A DNA stretch of 64,000 nucleotides from Chloroflexota bacterium (GCA_013388795.1 JACAEP010000072.1:1556-65555), one strand, 5' to 3'. Positions 17,858 through 27,443 are shown, counted from the first letter of the stretch. Made by a program: numbers and translations. The notes: generated by a model not told the origin, from the sequence alone.

Positions 17858-19348
17858 TTAAGCCTGAACGGTATCCGGCTTGTATATTCTTAATCCGCGA
17901 AATGCGAGCCTTGCAAGCAAAGATAATAAAAGAATCAGCAGCCAATCCAAAACGAATATACTGCGCGGGAAATTTTCGAACCATCCTGCTGCATATCCGG
18001 CGTAAATGATGGCAGTGATGGCAAGAGAGGAAACGGTCTGTGAAATAAGGAGGGGACGCAACATTTGAAAGATGGGCGCGTAAACAAGCTCGCGGCTGCA
18101 TGCGCCAACCCCAATGGAAAGCAGCGGTCGGATGAAGAATGCCGCCCAGAACAAGAGACGTTCCATTTCCCGGTATGATTGGTATTCGCGCCCGTCTCCA
18201 AAGCGCCAACGAAAGAGCGTAAATGCGACCAGAGAGAGTATGCCTATGTCGATCAGCGCCAATCGCAGGCTGATTCGTTGCAGCAGGTTGCGGAACCAGC
18301 GGCGTAAGGGAATATCAACAAAAAAGTGGGCAAGCAGCGCAACCGCGATCATGATCGGCAAAAACGTCAAAGCAAAAATCCTTTCCGGGTCGGCAAAACC
18401 GGAATTCTCCAGCCAGCGTTCGTACAGCCAAAAGAGCGGGACATGCAAGATGTACAATGCATAAGATGCCTCGCCCAGGTTGACGAACACAGGACGACTT
18501 AGCGTCCGCGACAGGAGGGAACGATCCATAGCCAAGCTAACAATGAAAAGAATCATGATTGGTGAGAGCAGCCCGCCCATGGGTTCCATCCGATGAGGCA
18601 GCGCGGTCCAAACACCACTGCTGACGATGGTGTAGACGGCGATCAATAGAAAGCTCCCCGCCGCAGCCGTGATGACCATCCAGGGGGTGGCTGGCTGTCC
18701 CCGACCCTCCCTCAAATACCAAATTCCGCCCACCACACCCAGGATAAACGAATTCAAATGGAAAAGCGGAAAATAATTAATGAAGTCAGAATAGACGCCA
18801 AGAATGTTGCGCCACATCAAAAAGTGAATTGTCTGACTGACAACCCATACTATCATTGAGACCCAGATCAGCTTTCGAGTGGATTGGCGATACGCCCAAA
18901 AGACAAAAAAGGGAAAAACCGCGTAAAAAAAGAATTCCACGGTCATCGACCAGGAAGAATAATTGAACGATTGGGCATAGGCGGGAAACCATGCCTGAAC
19001 AACAAACAAATTGGCGAGAATCTTCTGGGGCTTGATGCGAAAGAGCGAGTCGGCGTAATAGATGCAGATCAATGCAAACGAGATGATGTACAACGGATAA
19101 ATGCGGGCGATGCGCGCCTTCCAATATCCCAATACGTCGAACTTCTCTCCAGGGCGGAAATAGACCAGCGACATGACAAACCCCGACAAGACATACAAAT
19201 AACTTACAGCCGTCGGCGCAGATCGAAGTAATTCCGAAATCGGAAAAACATTGATCGCGGCAGTGTAAATCCCGCCGGTGTCGTGAAAGAATAACACCAG
19301 CAATACCATCATGAATCGTGTGAACGTGATTTGGTCAAGTCTTTGCAT
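17858..19348 (-). CDS. Acyltransferase-3 (OafA-like) protein with extra C-terminal membrane domain
   Basis: VSYLYVLSGFVM, RIARIYPLY, SWSMTVEFFFY, LGEASYALYILH. Confidence 0.85.
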   Translation of the reverse strand: MQRLDQITFTRFMMVLLVLFFHDTGGIYTAAINVFPISELLRSAPTAVSYLYVLSGFVMSLVYFRPGEKFDVLGYWKARIARIYPLYIISFALICIYYADSLFRIKPQKILANLFVVQAWFPAYAQSFNYSSWSMTVEFFFYAVFPFFVFWAYRQSTRKLIWVSMIVWVVSQTIHFLMWRNILGVYSDFINYFPLFHLNSFILGVVGGIWYLREGRGQPATPWMVITAAAGSFLLIAVYTIVSSGVWTALPHRMEPMGGLLSPIMILFIVSLAMDRSLLSRTLSRPVFVNLGEASYALYILHVPLFWLYERWLENSGFADPERIFALTFLPIMIAVALLAHFFVDIPLRRWFRNLLQRISLRLALIDIGILSLVAFTLFRWRFGDGREYQSYREMERLLFWAAFFIRPLLSIGVGACSRELVYAPIFQMLRPLLISQTVSSLAITAIIYAGYAAGWFENFPRSIFVLDWLLILLLSLLARLAFRGLRIYKPDTVQA

Positions 19349-19447
19349 GAAATAAAATCCGCAACCCGCCTATTCTACTTGAAAACAGAGCGGGGCAAAT
19401 CATGCGCGAAGTAAAACGGCTCAAAAAACTGTCGTTCAATTACCGTA

Positions 19448-20410
19448 TTACAACTTTCGCCTGCGGCTGAAGAATGCGAACAACCCCGCAGCAAGAAGGG
19501 CGGCAAGTGTGATTGCGCCAACAACCACCCCGGCGCTTTCCATCGTCGCGGGGGCAGCGGGCAGCAGAGTTGGCGTGAGCGTGATGGTCGGTGTGACCGG
19601 CACAGTCGGTGTGGATGTGACCAGCCCCAGAGTGGCTGTTACAGGCACAGCAGAAGGAGCGGGGGTTTCAGCGGCAGCCCGGCGGATAACAAGCCGCTGC
19701 CCTTCAAAAATTTCATCGCCCGCCAGCCCGTTGAGCAATTTCAGTTCGGCAATAGTTGTTCCATATAGAAGCGCAATGCTCCACAAGGCTTGGTCTTTGC
19801 GGACGTCATGGTAGACCTCGCCACTCGGGAGCGGCGTGTTGGGAACCTCGGTCAAGATCGGAGCCGCGCCTGCTGTTGAAGATGGAATCGCCGTGGCGGC
19901 TTCCCCTTCTTTCGCGGCAACCAGCACAAAATATGTAATTCCATTCGCGGCGGCAATCCCTACACCGGCATCTTCATAATCGGGAGAAAGCAAGGCAACA
20001 GAGTCCGCGGCATTGGCTTGCCATGCCGCAATGACTTGATCTTCAGAAACGCCGGAACCGGAGTAGATCACTTGCGTCAGTAACCCGCCTACAGAGAGAT
20101 CGCCTGCCACTGCATAGCCTGCGTCGAGCGCGCGTTGATAGGGGCGTTTGCCTGTGTCATCGAAGTTCGTCAATACGCCTATGCTCGAAATATAAACAGC
20201 ATGCGTTTGAGCAATGAATGTGAGAATCTGATGTTGTGCGTAAGGTTCAAGCCCATTGGATTCGCGAAGGGCATTCACCTTTTCGAGCATATCCTCGGCG
20301 GAAAGGTTGGGAGAAACCTGCCTGGGCTGGGCATCCGCCCGAATAGACGGAAACAGACTTACAGTCAGGAAAAGAAGCGCAAAAATGGTCCGATAAAGGT
20401 TAATTAACAT
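19448..20410 (-). CDS. Secreted CAP/SCP + LysM protein with C-terminal TM anchor
   Basis: VNALRESNGL (CAP); HDVRKDQALWSIALLYG...LNGL...IFEGQRL (LysM); TM segment then RRRK. Confidence 0.8.
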   Translation of the reverse strand: MLINLYRTIFALLFLTVSLFPSIRADAQPRQVSPNLSAEDMLEKVNALRESNGLEPYAQHQILTFIAQTHAVYISSIGVLTNFDDTGKRPYQRALDAGYAVAGDLSVGGLLTQVIYSGSGVSEDQVIAAWQANAADSVALLSPDYEDAGVGIAAANGITYFVLVAAKEGEAATAIPSSTAGAAPILTEVPNTPLPSGEVYHDVRKDQALWSIALLYGTTIAELKLLNGLAGDEIFEGQRLVIRRAAAETPAPSAVPVTATLGLVTSTPTVPVTPTITLTPTLLPAAPATMESAGVVVGAITLAALLAAGLFAFFSRRRKL

Positions 20411-20497
20411 CTAAAAATTATACCCAGAGTATCTCTTCCCAAAACGCCAAAGGCAGGAGTAAAATTATATATAATGTATAATCCTTAGGAGGCAGCC

Positions 20498-22024
20498 ATG
20501 CCAGGCTTCACACCCGGACGCAGGTATCAACCCCCGTTCATGCCGTTCAAACGCCAGCCGTTCAAAAAACGCGCGCTGGCGGCAATCGAACTCGCAGTGA
20601 AAGGTCCGCTGTTTGGGTGCCGAATGTGCGGCAACTGCTTGTTGCAAGAAACCGCCTTCATCTGCCCGATGGAATGCCCCAAGGGATTGCGCAACGGTCC
20701 ATGCGGCGGCTCGACCCCTGAAAAATGTTACGTGGACGAAAGCCGCCCTTGCATTTGGTACAAGATCTATGAGCGCTCGTTCCAGCTTGGGCGCGAGGCA
20801 TTGCTGCTTGAAGTATTGCCGCCCATGGATTGGAACAAAGCCGGCACAGATGCGTGGAGCGATGTATTTGAACAGGCTGGCAACGTTGGGGTAAAAAACA
20901 TCGTTGCGGGTCTGACTTCGGGTGAGGCGGGTTCGGTTTCTCGAACCTTGGATTCCATCTTTCGACCCGTCCGCCAACCCGATTGGTGGCAGGGCGATTC
21001 TGAATACCATGCGCCAAAATATTCCGAACCCGCCTCCGAACTCGAAAGCCGATTGAAAGCTGGTGAGTTCGTCGTGGCGGCGGAAGTCACCCCGCCCCTT
21101 TCGATCAACACCGATAAACTCAAACAGCATATCGAAATGCTCAAGCCGTATGTGGCGGCATTGAATTTCACAGACAGCGCTTCAGCGATTCCGCGCATGT
21201 CTTCGTGGGCGTGCAGCAAAATGGCAGTAGACCTGGGCGCCGACCCTGTGATGCAGATCACCGGGCGCGACCATACGCGAGTCAATTTGCAATCCGGCGC
21301 GATGGGCGCTTCGGCGCTGGGCATTCGCAATATTCTTTGCCTAACGGGCGACAGCATGACTCTGGGACCTGGTCCGCAGGGGCGCATGGACATTGTAGAT
21401 CTGGATGGCATTCAAATGTTGTGGATTCTGCGACGCATGCGCGACGAAGGAAAATATCTGGATGGGCGCGAGATTAAACATCCACCCAAATATTTCCTCG
21501 GCGCAGCGGCTTCTCCATTTGCGTCGAATATGAAGTTCCAGGCATTGCGTGAGCAGAAAAAGGTCAACGCCGGGGCACAGTTCTTCCAGACGAATGTGGT
21601 CTTCAATGCGGATGCGCTCGACGAATGGTTGAACGAGATCGCCAAGCGCGACATTCTCGACAAGGTTTACATTCTCATCGGTATCACCCCGCTAAAGAGT
21701 TACAAGACCGCCGCCTACATGGACAAGAAAATTCCCGGCATAGTTGTGCCGAAAAAAATTCTCAAGCGCATGGAAACGGCAAAAGAAAAAGGCGACGAGC
21801 AGGCAGAAGGGGTGCAGATCGCATTGGAGTTGATTGAAAAGATCAAAAGCAAACAAGGCGTGAGCGGCATTCACTTGATGGCAGTCGGTTGGGAAGAGAT
21901 CGTGCCGAGAATTGTCAGCGAGGCGGGGCTGGGAAAGAGAATCTCGTCACAAGTCGAAGAGCCTGCCCGGAGTTCATCGAAGAGTCAAAGGTCAGCGCAG
22001 TTGGTTGATTTCGTCACAGGTTAA
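20498..22024 (+). CDS. metF: Methylenetetrahydrofolate reductase, MetV-MetF fusion
   Basis: N-terminal CRMCGNC...CPMECPKGLRNGPCGG...C...CIW; EVTPP, MQITGRD, NILCLTGD, KKVNAGAQFFQT. Confidence 0.88.
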   Translation: MPGFTPGRRYQPPFMPFKRQPFKKRALAAIELAVKGPLFGCRMCGNCLLQETAFICPMECPKGLRNGPCGGSTPEKCYVDESRPCIWYKIYERSFQLGREALLLEVLPPMDWNKAGTDAWSDVFEQAGNVGVKNIVAGLTSGEAGSVSRTLDSIFRPVRQPDWWQGDSEYHAPKYSEPASELESRLKAGEFVVAAEVTPPLSINTDKLKQHIEMLKPYVAALNFTDSASAIPRMSSWACSKMAVDLGADPVMQITGRDHTRVNLQSGAMGASALGIRNILCLTGDSMTLGPGPQGRMDIVDLDGIQMLWILRRMRDEGKYLDGREIKHPPKYFLGAAASPFASNMKFQALREQKKVNAGAQFFQTNVVFNADALDEWLNEIAKRDILDKVYILIGITPLKSYKTAAYMDKKIPGIVVPKKILKRMETAKEKGDEQAEGVQIALELIEKIKSKQGVSGIHLMAVGWEEIVPRIVSEAGLGKRISSQVEEPARSSSKSQRSAQLVDFVTG

Positions 22025-22546
22025 GTCACGCCATTTCCCGACCTGCAAATTTCCAAGTTCAATATTCCCGATAGCGACTCTGAAGATCCGCAGGGTGAAT
22101 AAGCCAACCGCCGCCGTCATGTGGCGGATCTGGCGTTTTTTGCCTTCACGCAATTTCACTTCGAGCCAGTGAGTCGGTCCGTGCGGGGTGACAGGCTTGG
22201 GTCGTTCGGGCAGGTTTGGGGTTGGGATGAGGCGGAAGGAGGCGGGACGCGTGAAATGCTCCTTGAGTTGGACTCCGGTTGAGAGTTGAGTCAACTTTTC
22301 TTGAGTCGGGTCACCCTCCACCATCACAAGATAGGTTTTTTCGATATGATGTTTCGGGTCGGTGAGGCGCTTAATGAGCGCGCCATCGTCGGTGAGCAAG
22401 AGCAGACCTTCGCTGTCGCGGTCGAGCCGCCCGGCTGCATAGACATGGGGGATGTTGATGAAATCTTTAAGTGTAGGGTGACCTGCGCCTTCATCAGTGA
22501 ATTGCGAGAGAACGCCATAAGGTTTATTGAAAAGGATGTAACGCAT
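21992..22546 (-). CDS. rluE: rRNA pseudouridine synthase (RluE-like)
   Basis: FNKPYGVLSQF, AGRLDRDSEGLLLLT, EGKKRQIRHM; start ATG 22546. Confidence 0.85.
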   Translation of the reverse strand: MRYILFNKPYGVLSQFTDEGAGHPTLKDFINIPHVYAAGRLDRDSEGLLLLTDDGALIKRLTDPKHHIEKTYLVMVEGDPTQEKLTQLSTGVQLKEHFTRPASFRLIPTPNLPERPKPVTPHGPTHWLEVKLREGKKRQIRHMTAAVGLFTLRIFRVAIGNIELGNLQVGKWRDLTCDEINQLR

Positions 22547-22566
22547 GATGGGTATAATCATACCCG

Positions 22567-23202
22567 ATGAGCGATTTGCTATTCGAGATACGAGTTTGTG
22601 AAAGCTGCGGATTGCGTTACCCGCTTCAAAAGGGACATTCGTTCGGTGAGCGCTGTCCGCATTGTTTGGGTAAGACACGGGTTGCGGCGGGCAAGGTGAT
22701 CCATGAAGAAGAACGCGCAAATGAAAAGCCAGCAAAAAAGAGGAAGGCATTCCACGCCGTGCTTCTGGATAACACCCGCGGGGCGTGTAATGTCGGCTCG
22801 ATTCTGCGCAGCGCGGATGGCTTCGGCTTCGACCATGTTTATTTGTGCGGCATCACCCCCGCCCCGGATAACGAAGCGGTGACAAAAACTTCGCTCGGCG
22901 CGGAAAACATGATTCCCTGGTCAACCCACAAAGATGCGGTGAAACTTGCGGCGGGCTTGAAAAAAGAAGGCTGGCGGATCATCGCGCTGGAAGAGGGGAA
23001 AGGCGTGAAAGAAATTGACAAACGCCTGAAAACACGTTTTGAAAAATCGGCGCTGATTCTTGGCAGTGAAGTGACCGGCGTGGACCCAGACCTGTTGGCG
23101 CTATGTGATGAAATGATTTCCATTCCCATGCGCGGACAAAAGCGCTCCCTGAATGTGGCAATCGCTTTTAGCGTGGCGGCATTTGCATTGAAAAACTCGT
23201 AA
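22567..23202 (+). CDS. TrmH/SpoU RNA methyltransferase with N-terminal zinc ribbon
   Basis: CESC..CPHC; NVGSILRSAD, LGSEVTG, IPMRGQKRSLNVA. Confidence 0.85.
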   Translation: MSDLLFEIRVCESCGLRYPLQKGHSFGERCPHCLGKTRVAAGKVIHEEERANEKPAKKRKAFHAVLLDNTRGACNVGSILRSADGFGFDHVYLCGITPAPDNEAVTKTSLGAENMIPWSTHKDAVKLAAGLKKEGWRIIALEEGKGVKEIDKRLKTRFEKSALILGSEVTGVDPDLLALCDEMISIPMRGQKRSLNVAIAFSVAAFALKNS

Positions 23203-23249
23203 AAGATATTAAATTTTTCATATTAATAAACATCTTGGCAAATACTAAA

Positions 23250-23321
23250 TAAATCGTCGAATGTTTCAGATATTGACCGCCGTTGGCGGTCGGCTTGTGG
23301 GTTAAATTTCTTTTGACGTTC
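23250..23321. repeat. Unclassified dispersed element, copy A
   Basis: Aligns with 59792-59876 (TCGAATGTTT, CAGATATTGACC, GTTAAATTTCTTTTG.CGTTC). Confidence 0.8.
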
Positions 23322-23443
23322 TACATAACCTAAGTCGCTGCCTTGAGAAGAGAAGCCCAAGAGGGATTCTGCCGGATTTGCCGGAAAGCACTTTGGTTAC
23401 AGGAGACAAAGCTTATAACAGTCAAATTCTTAACCCAAATTCC

Positions 23444-23492
23444 TTGACATTCCCTCTAAAAAGGCGTAAAATATGATTAATCGGATTAATCA
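23444..23492 (+). promoter_or_regulatory. Sigma70 promoter with palindromic operator
   Basis: TTGACA (23444)-17 nt-TAAAAT (23467); TGATTAATC-G-GATTAATCA at 23474-23492. Confidence 0.8.
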
Positions 23493-23498
23493 ATTTTT

Positions 23499-24170
23499 AT
23501 GTTGCGTGAGCGTATTTCCCCTAACATTTCCGAATTCCTGCGTTATCTCGCTTCACATCCTGAAGCCGACGACAAACTCCCTTCTTTAAGCGAGCTCAGC
23601 CGAGAATTGAATATCAGCCTGGCATCACTGCGCGAACAGCTCGAAGTGGCGCGCGCGCTTGGTTTTGTGGAAGTGCGCCAAAAAACCGGCACACGCCGCC
23701 TCAGCTATTCATTTACGCCTGCCATTCGCCAGAGCCTGGGGTATGCGCTGGCATTGAATGATGATCACTTCCGCAAATTTGCAGAGATGCGCAATCATCT
23801 TGAAGCCGCATATTGGTATGAAGCGGTTCGACTCTTAACCGAAGCGGACAAAGCGGAGCTGAACGCCATCATCGCCAGGGCATGGGAGAAACTAAGCGGC
23901 ACCCCTGTGCAGGTTCCGCATGAAGAACATCGCAAACTGCACCTCACCATTTATAAAAATCTTGATAATCCTTTTGTGATTGGCGTCCTGGAAGCGTATT
24001 GGGAAGCCTACGAAGCAGTCGGCTTGAACGTGTTCGCTGGCGGATACGAGTACTTGCAGGAAGTGTGGCAATATCATCAGCGGATGGTTGAGTCAATTTG
24101 CAATGGTCAGTTTGAGGTCGGGTATGAGGCGCTTGTCCGTCATACTGACCTTTTGTATCATCGTCCGTAA
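23499..24170 (+). CDS. GntR/FadR-family regulator (wHTH + FCD)
   Basis: KLPSLSELSRELNISLASLREQL...GFVEVRQKTGT; HRKLHLTIY...NPF. Confidence 0.85.
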   Translation: MLRERISPNISEFLRYLASHPEADDKLPSLSELSRELNISLASLREQLEVARALGFVEVRQKTGTRRLSYSFTPAIRQSLGYALALNDDHFRKFAEMRNHLEAAYWYEAVRLLTEADKAELNAIIARAWEKLSGTPVQVPHEEHRKLHLTIYKNLDNPFVIGVLEAYWEAYEAVGLNVFAGGYEYLQEVWQYHQRMVESICNGQFEVGYEALVRHTDLLYHRP

Positions 24171-24181
24171 TATATTAATTC

Positions 24182-24271
24182 GTCATTGCGAGGAGGGCGA
24201 TAGCCCGACGAAGCAATCTCATGATTGGGTTTGAGATTGCTTCGGACGGAAGAGTGCGTCCTCGCAACGAC
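24182..24271. repeat. GTCATTGCGAG palindromic repeat, copy 2
   Basis: GTCATTGCGAGG...GAAGCAATCTC...GAGATTGCTTCG...CCTCGCAACGAC. Confidence 0.85.
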
Positions 24272-24294
24272 GGATATAAACTATGAGGAGTTCC

Positions 24295-26241
24295 ATGAAT
24301 AAGATAGTGAACGATTTTTCGATCACCGTTGGCACGAAGAACGGTTCCGGCAGTTCCACCGCCAACAACACCATTTTGCGATCCATCTTCAAGATGGGTA
24401 TTCCCGTCTCGGGCAAGAACCTGTTTCCTTCCAATATTCAGGGTCTGCCCACATGGTACACCATCCGTGTAAACAAGGATGGGTTTATCGCCCGAAAAGA
24501 GACCAGCGACATCGTCATTGCCATAAACCCCGATTCGTTCGCAAAGGATCTCGCGTCCGTTGCGCCTGGCGGAGCCTTTTTCTATGCAGACGATATCCGC
24601 CAGCCCATCACCCGGGTGGACATTGCCATTTACCCAATGCCGATCAAAGCCATTGTGAAGGCAGACGCGAACATCCCCGCCGATTTTCGCGATCTGGTTG
24701 GCAACATGGTGTATGTGGGCATTCTTGCGCAAATGATTAACATAGATATGGAAGCCATTCGCGCCGCGCTGACCTTCCACTTCAAAGGTAAACAAAAGCC
24801 GATTGATATGAACTTCAATGCTCTGAAAGCCGGCGCAGACTGGGCGGCTGCCAACCTTGAAAAGAAAGACCCCTTCCAACTCGAAAAAATGAACAAGACG
24901 GAAGGTATGATCATGGCAGACGGCAACACGGCTGCTGCCATTGGCTCGGTTTTCGGCGGGATTCAGTTTGCAGCTTGGTATCCGATCACCCCGGCTTCTT
25001 CACTGGCTGAGGCATTGAACGATTACCTGCCCGTTCTACGCAAACGCGAAGACGGTAAGCACACATATGCCGTTATTCAGGCGGAAGATGAGCTCGCTGC
25101 GCTTGGCATGGCAATTGGCGCGGGCTGGTCGGGGTTGCGCTCCATGACCTCCACCTCGGGACCGGGTCTTTCCCTTATGACCGAGTTCGCAGGTCTGGCA
25201 TATTATGCGGAAGTGCCGGTTGTCGTGTGGGACGTGCAGCGCATTGGTCCATCCACGGGCTTGCCGACACGCACCTCGCAAGGCGATTTGACTTTTACCT
25301 ACACGATTGGTCACGGCGACTCTCACTCTGTCATCCTCCTGCCAGGCGATGTGTATGAATGTTTCGAGTTTGGCTGGAAATCCTTTGACCTCGCCGAACG
25401 CTTGCAGACCCCCGTCTTCGTCCTAAGCGATCTTGATATGGGCATGAATCAATGGATAAGCAAGCCTTTCCAATACCCTGAAAGGCCGATGGATCGCGGC
25501 AAGGTTCTTTGGGAAAAAGACCTGGAAGAATTGAAGGGCAACTGGGGACGTTACCTTGACAAGGATGGCGATGCCATCCCTTATCGCACCATACCGGGCA
25601 ATAAGAATCCGTTCAGCGCCTACTTTACTCGTGGAACCGGTCATGATGAGTACGCCAAGTACACTGAAGACTCCGATATATACATGAAGAATATGGAGCG
25701 TCTTGCCCGCAAACAGCAGACTGCCAAGCAATACGTCCCGGCTCCGGTACTGCATGCGAACAAAAATGCCACCATCGGTATCATTGCCTACGGTTCGACA
25801 GAAAACGCCATCTTCGAGGCGCAACACCAATTGGAAACTGAACATGGCATCCAGTCGGAATTCCTGCGCATTCGCGCAGTTCCGTTCAGCAAGGAAGTGG
25901 ACGCTTTCATCGAAAAGCACGATCAGATCTTCGTGGTGGAAATGAACCGCGATGGACAGTTGCAGCAGATCCTTTATATAGAGTATCCGCAGTATGCAAT
26001 GAAGTTCAAATCGGTGGCATATCACGACGGTCTGCCCGCAGCGGCAAAGTGGGTGCGTGAAGGCATCCTTGCCAGGTACGAGAAGGCAGGGAACGGAACG
26101 CAGAAAAAAGCCGCTGTGAAGAAAACCGCCGCAAAGGCGGCGAGCAAGCCCAAGGTTAAGAAAGCGGCGGTGAAGAAATCTGCCGCCACATCGTCCCCGA
26201 AGGGAAAATCCAAATCCGCTGTCAAGTCGAAGCGCAAGTAG
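24295..26241 (+). CDS. korA: 2-oxoacid:ferredoxin oxidoreductase alpha subunit with Lys/Ala-rich tail
   Basis: NGSGS, FPSNIQG, YPITP, QAEDELAA, TSGPG, QRIGPSTGLPT; GAGGAG before ATG 24295. Confidence 0.9.
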   Translation: MNKIVNDFSITVGTKNGSGSSTANNTILRSIFKMGIPVSGKNLFPSNIQGLPTWYTIRVNKDGFIARKETSDIVIAINPDSFAKDLASVAPGGAFFYADDIRQPITRVDIAIYPMPIKAIVKADANIPADFRDLVGNMVYVGILAQMINIDMEAIRAALTFHFKGKQKPIDMNFNALKAGADWAAANLEKKDPFQLEKMNKTEGMIMADGNTAAAIGSVFGGIQFAAWYPITPASSLAEALNDYLPVLRKREDGKHTYAVIQAEDELAALGMAIGAGWSGLRSMTSTSGPGLSLMTEFAGLAYYAEVPVVVWDVQRIGPSTGLPTRTSQGDLTFTYTIGHGDSHSVILLPGDVYECFEFGWKSFDLAERLQTPVFVLSDLDMGMNQWISKPFQYPERPMDRGKVLWEKDLEELKGNWGRYLDKDGDAIPYRTIPGNKNPFSAYFTRGTGHDEYAKYTEDSDIYMKNMERLARKQQTAKQYVPAPVLHANKNATIGIIAYGSTENAIFEAQHQLETEHGIQSEFLRIRAVPFSKEVDAFIEKHDQIFVVEMNRDGQLQQILYIEYPQYAMKFKSVAYHDGLPAAAKWVREGILARYEKAGNGTQKKAAVKKTAAKAASKPKVKKAAVKKSAATSSPKGKSKSAVKSKRK

Positions 26242-26253
26242 TCAAATAATTCC

Positions 26254-26363
26254 GTCGCTGCGAGGGCGATGATCTTTCCCCCCGACGTGCGCTACGAAGT
26301 AGTAAGCAATCTCCACGGTGAATACGAGATTGCTTCGTCGCAAAAAGCGCTCCCCGCAATGAC
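26254..26363. repeat. GTCATTGCGAG-family palindromic repeat, copy 3 (degenerate)
   Basis: GTCGCTGCGAG...AAGCAATCTC...GAGATTGCTTCG...CGCAATGAC. Confidence 0.8.
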
Positions 26364-26387
26364 CGATAAAACAAGGAGTAACTCACT

Positions 26388-27443
26388 ATGACTGAAACAC
26401 TTCCCATGGCTGGCGCGGCATCGAATGTGAATGCCGTCGGCTTGAGCAAGAACGATTACCGCGGCGCGCCAAGCACGTTGTGCCAGGGCTGCGGACATAA
26501 CTCCATTTCGAACCAGATCATTGCGGCAATGTACGAAATGAGCGTGATGCCCGAAGATGTAATCAAGTTCTCTGGCATTGGCTGTTCATCCAAATCGCCG
26601 ACCTATTTTATGAACCGCAGTTTCGGCTTCAACTCGCTGCACGGACGCATGCCGTCCATTGCCACAGGCGCATTGTTTGGCGATGCGCGCATGAAGGGCA
26701 TTGGAGTCTCCGGCGACGGCGACAGCGCCAGCATTGGTATGGGCCAGTTCAAACATGCCATGCGCCGCAATGTGAACATGGTCTATATCGTGGAAAACAA
26801 CGGCGTGTATGGTCTCACCAAAGGACAATTCTCCGCCACCGCCGAAAAAGGCTTGCAGTTGAAGAAGCAGGGCGAAAACCCCTACATGCCCGTGGATATC
26901 TGCGCTGAGGCGCTGATCTCGAATGCCACATTTGTGGCGCGCTCGTTTGCAGGCAACCCGAAACAGGTGAAAGAAATTCTCAAAGCCGCCTTCGCGCATA
27001 AAGGCATCGCTGTGCTCGACATCATCAGCCCATGTGTGACCTTCAACAATCAAGAGAATGCCTATCACTCCTATGCGTGGGGCAAAGATCACGAAGAACC
27101 CCTGCACGAAATTTCCTACATCGCCCCGCGTAACGAGATCATGCTCGAACGCGAAATGAACGAAGGCGAGATCCGTGAAGTCTCAATGCACGACGGCTCA
27201 GTGGTCATTCTCAAGAACCTCGAAAAAGGTTACGACCCCACCAACCGCACGCTGGCTTTGCAGGCGCTTGAAGAAGCCCGCGAAAATAACTGGCTGCTGA
27301 CCGGCTTGATCTACGTTAATACCAGCAAGCCCACCCTCACCGATATCTACAACTTGGTGGATGCTCCGCTCAACCGACTGACTCAAGCCGATCTGCGCCC
27401 CGACCGCGCCATGATCGACAAGGTCAACGCGCTGATGTTCTAA
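26388..27443 (+). CDS. korB: 2-oxoacid:ferredoxin oxidoreductase beta subunit
   Basis: CQGCGH, SGIGCS, LHGR, GDGD...NNGVYGLTKGQ, SPCVTFN. Confidence 0.92.
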   Translation: MTETLPMAGAASNVNAVGLSKNDYRGAPSTLCQGCGHNSISNQIIAAMYEMSVMPEDVIKFSGIGCSSKSPTYFMNRSFGFNSLHGRMPSIATGALFGDARMKGIGVSGDGDSASIGMGQFKHAMRRNVNMVYIVENNGVYGLTKGQFSATAEKGLQLKKQGENPYMPVDICAEALISNATFVARSFAGNPKQVKEILKAAFAHKGIAVLDIISPCVTFNNQENAYHSYAWGKDHEEPLHEISYIAPRNEIMLEREMNEGEIREVSMHDGSVVILKNLEKGYDPTNRTLALQALEEARENNWLLTGLIYVNTSKPTLTDIYNLVDAPLNRLTQADLRPDRAMIDKVNALMF

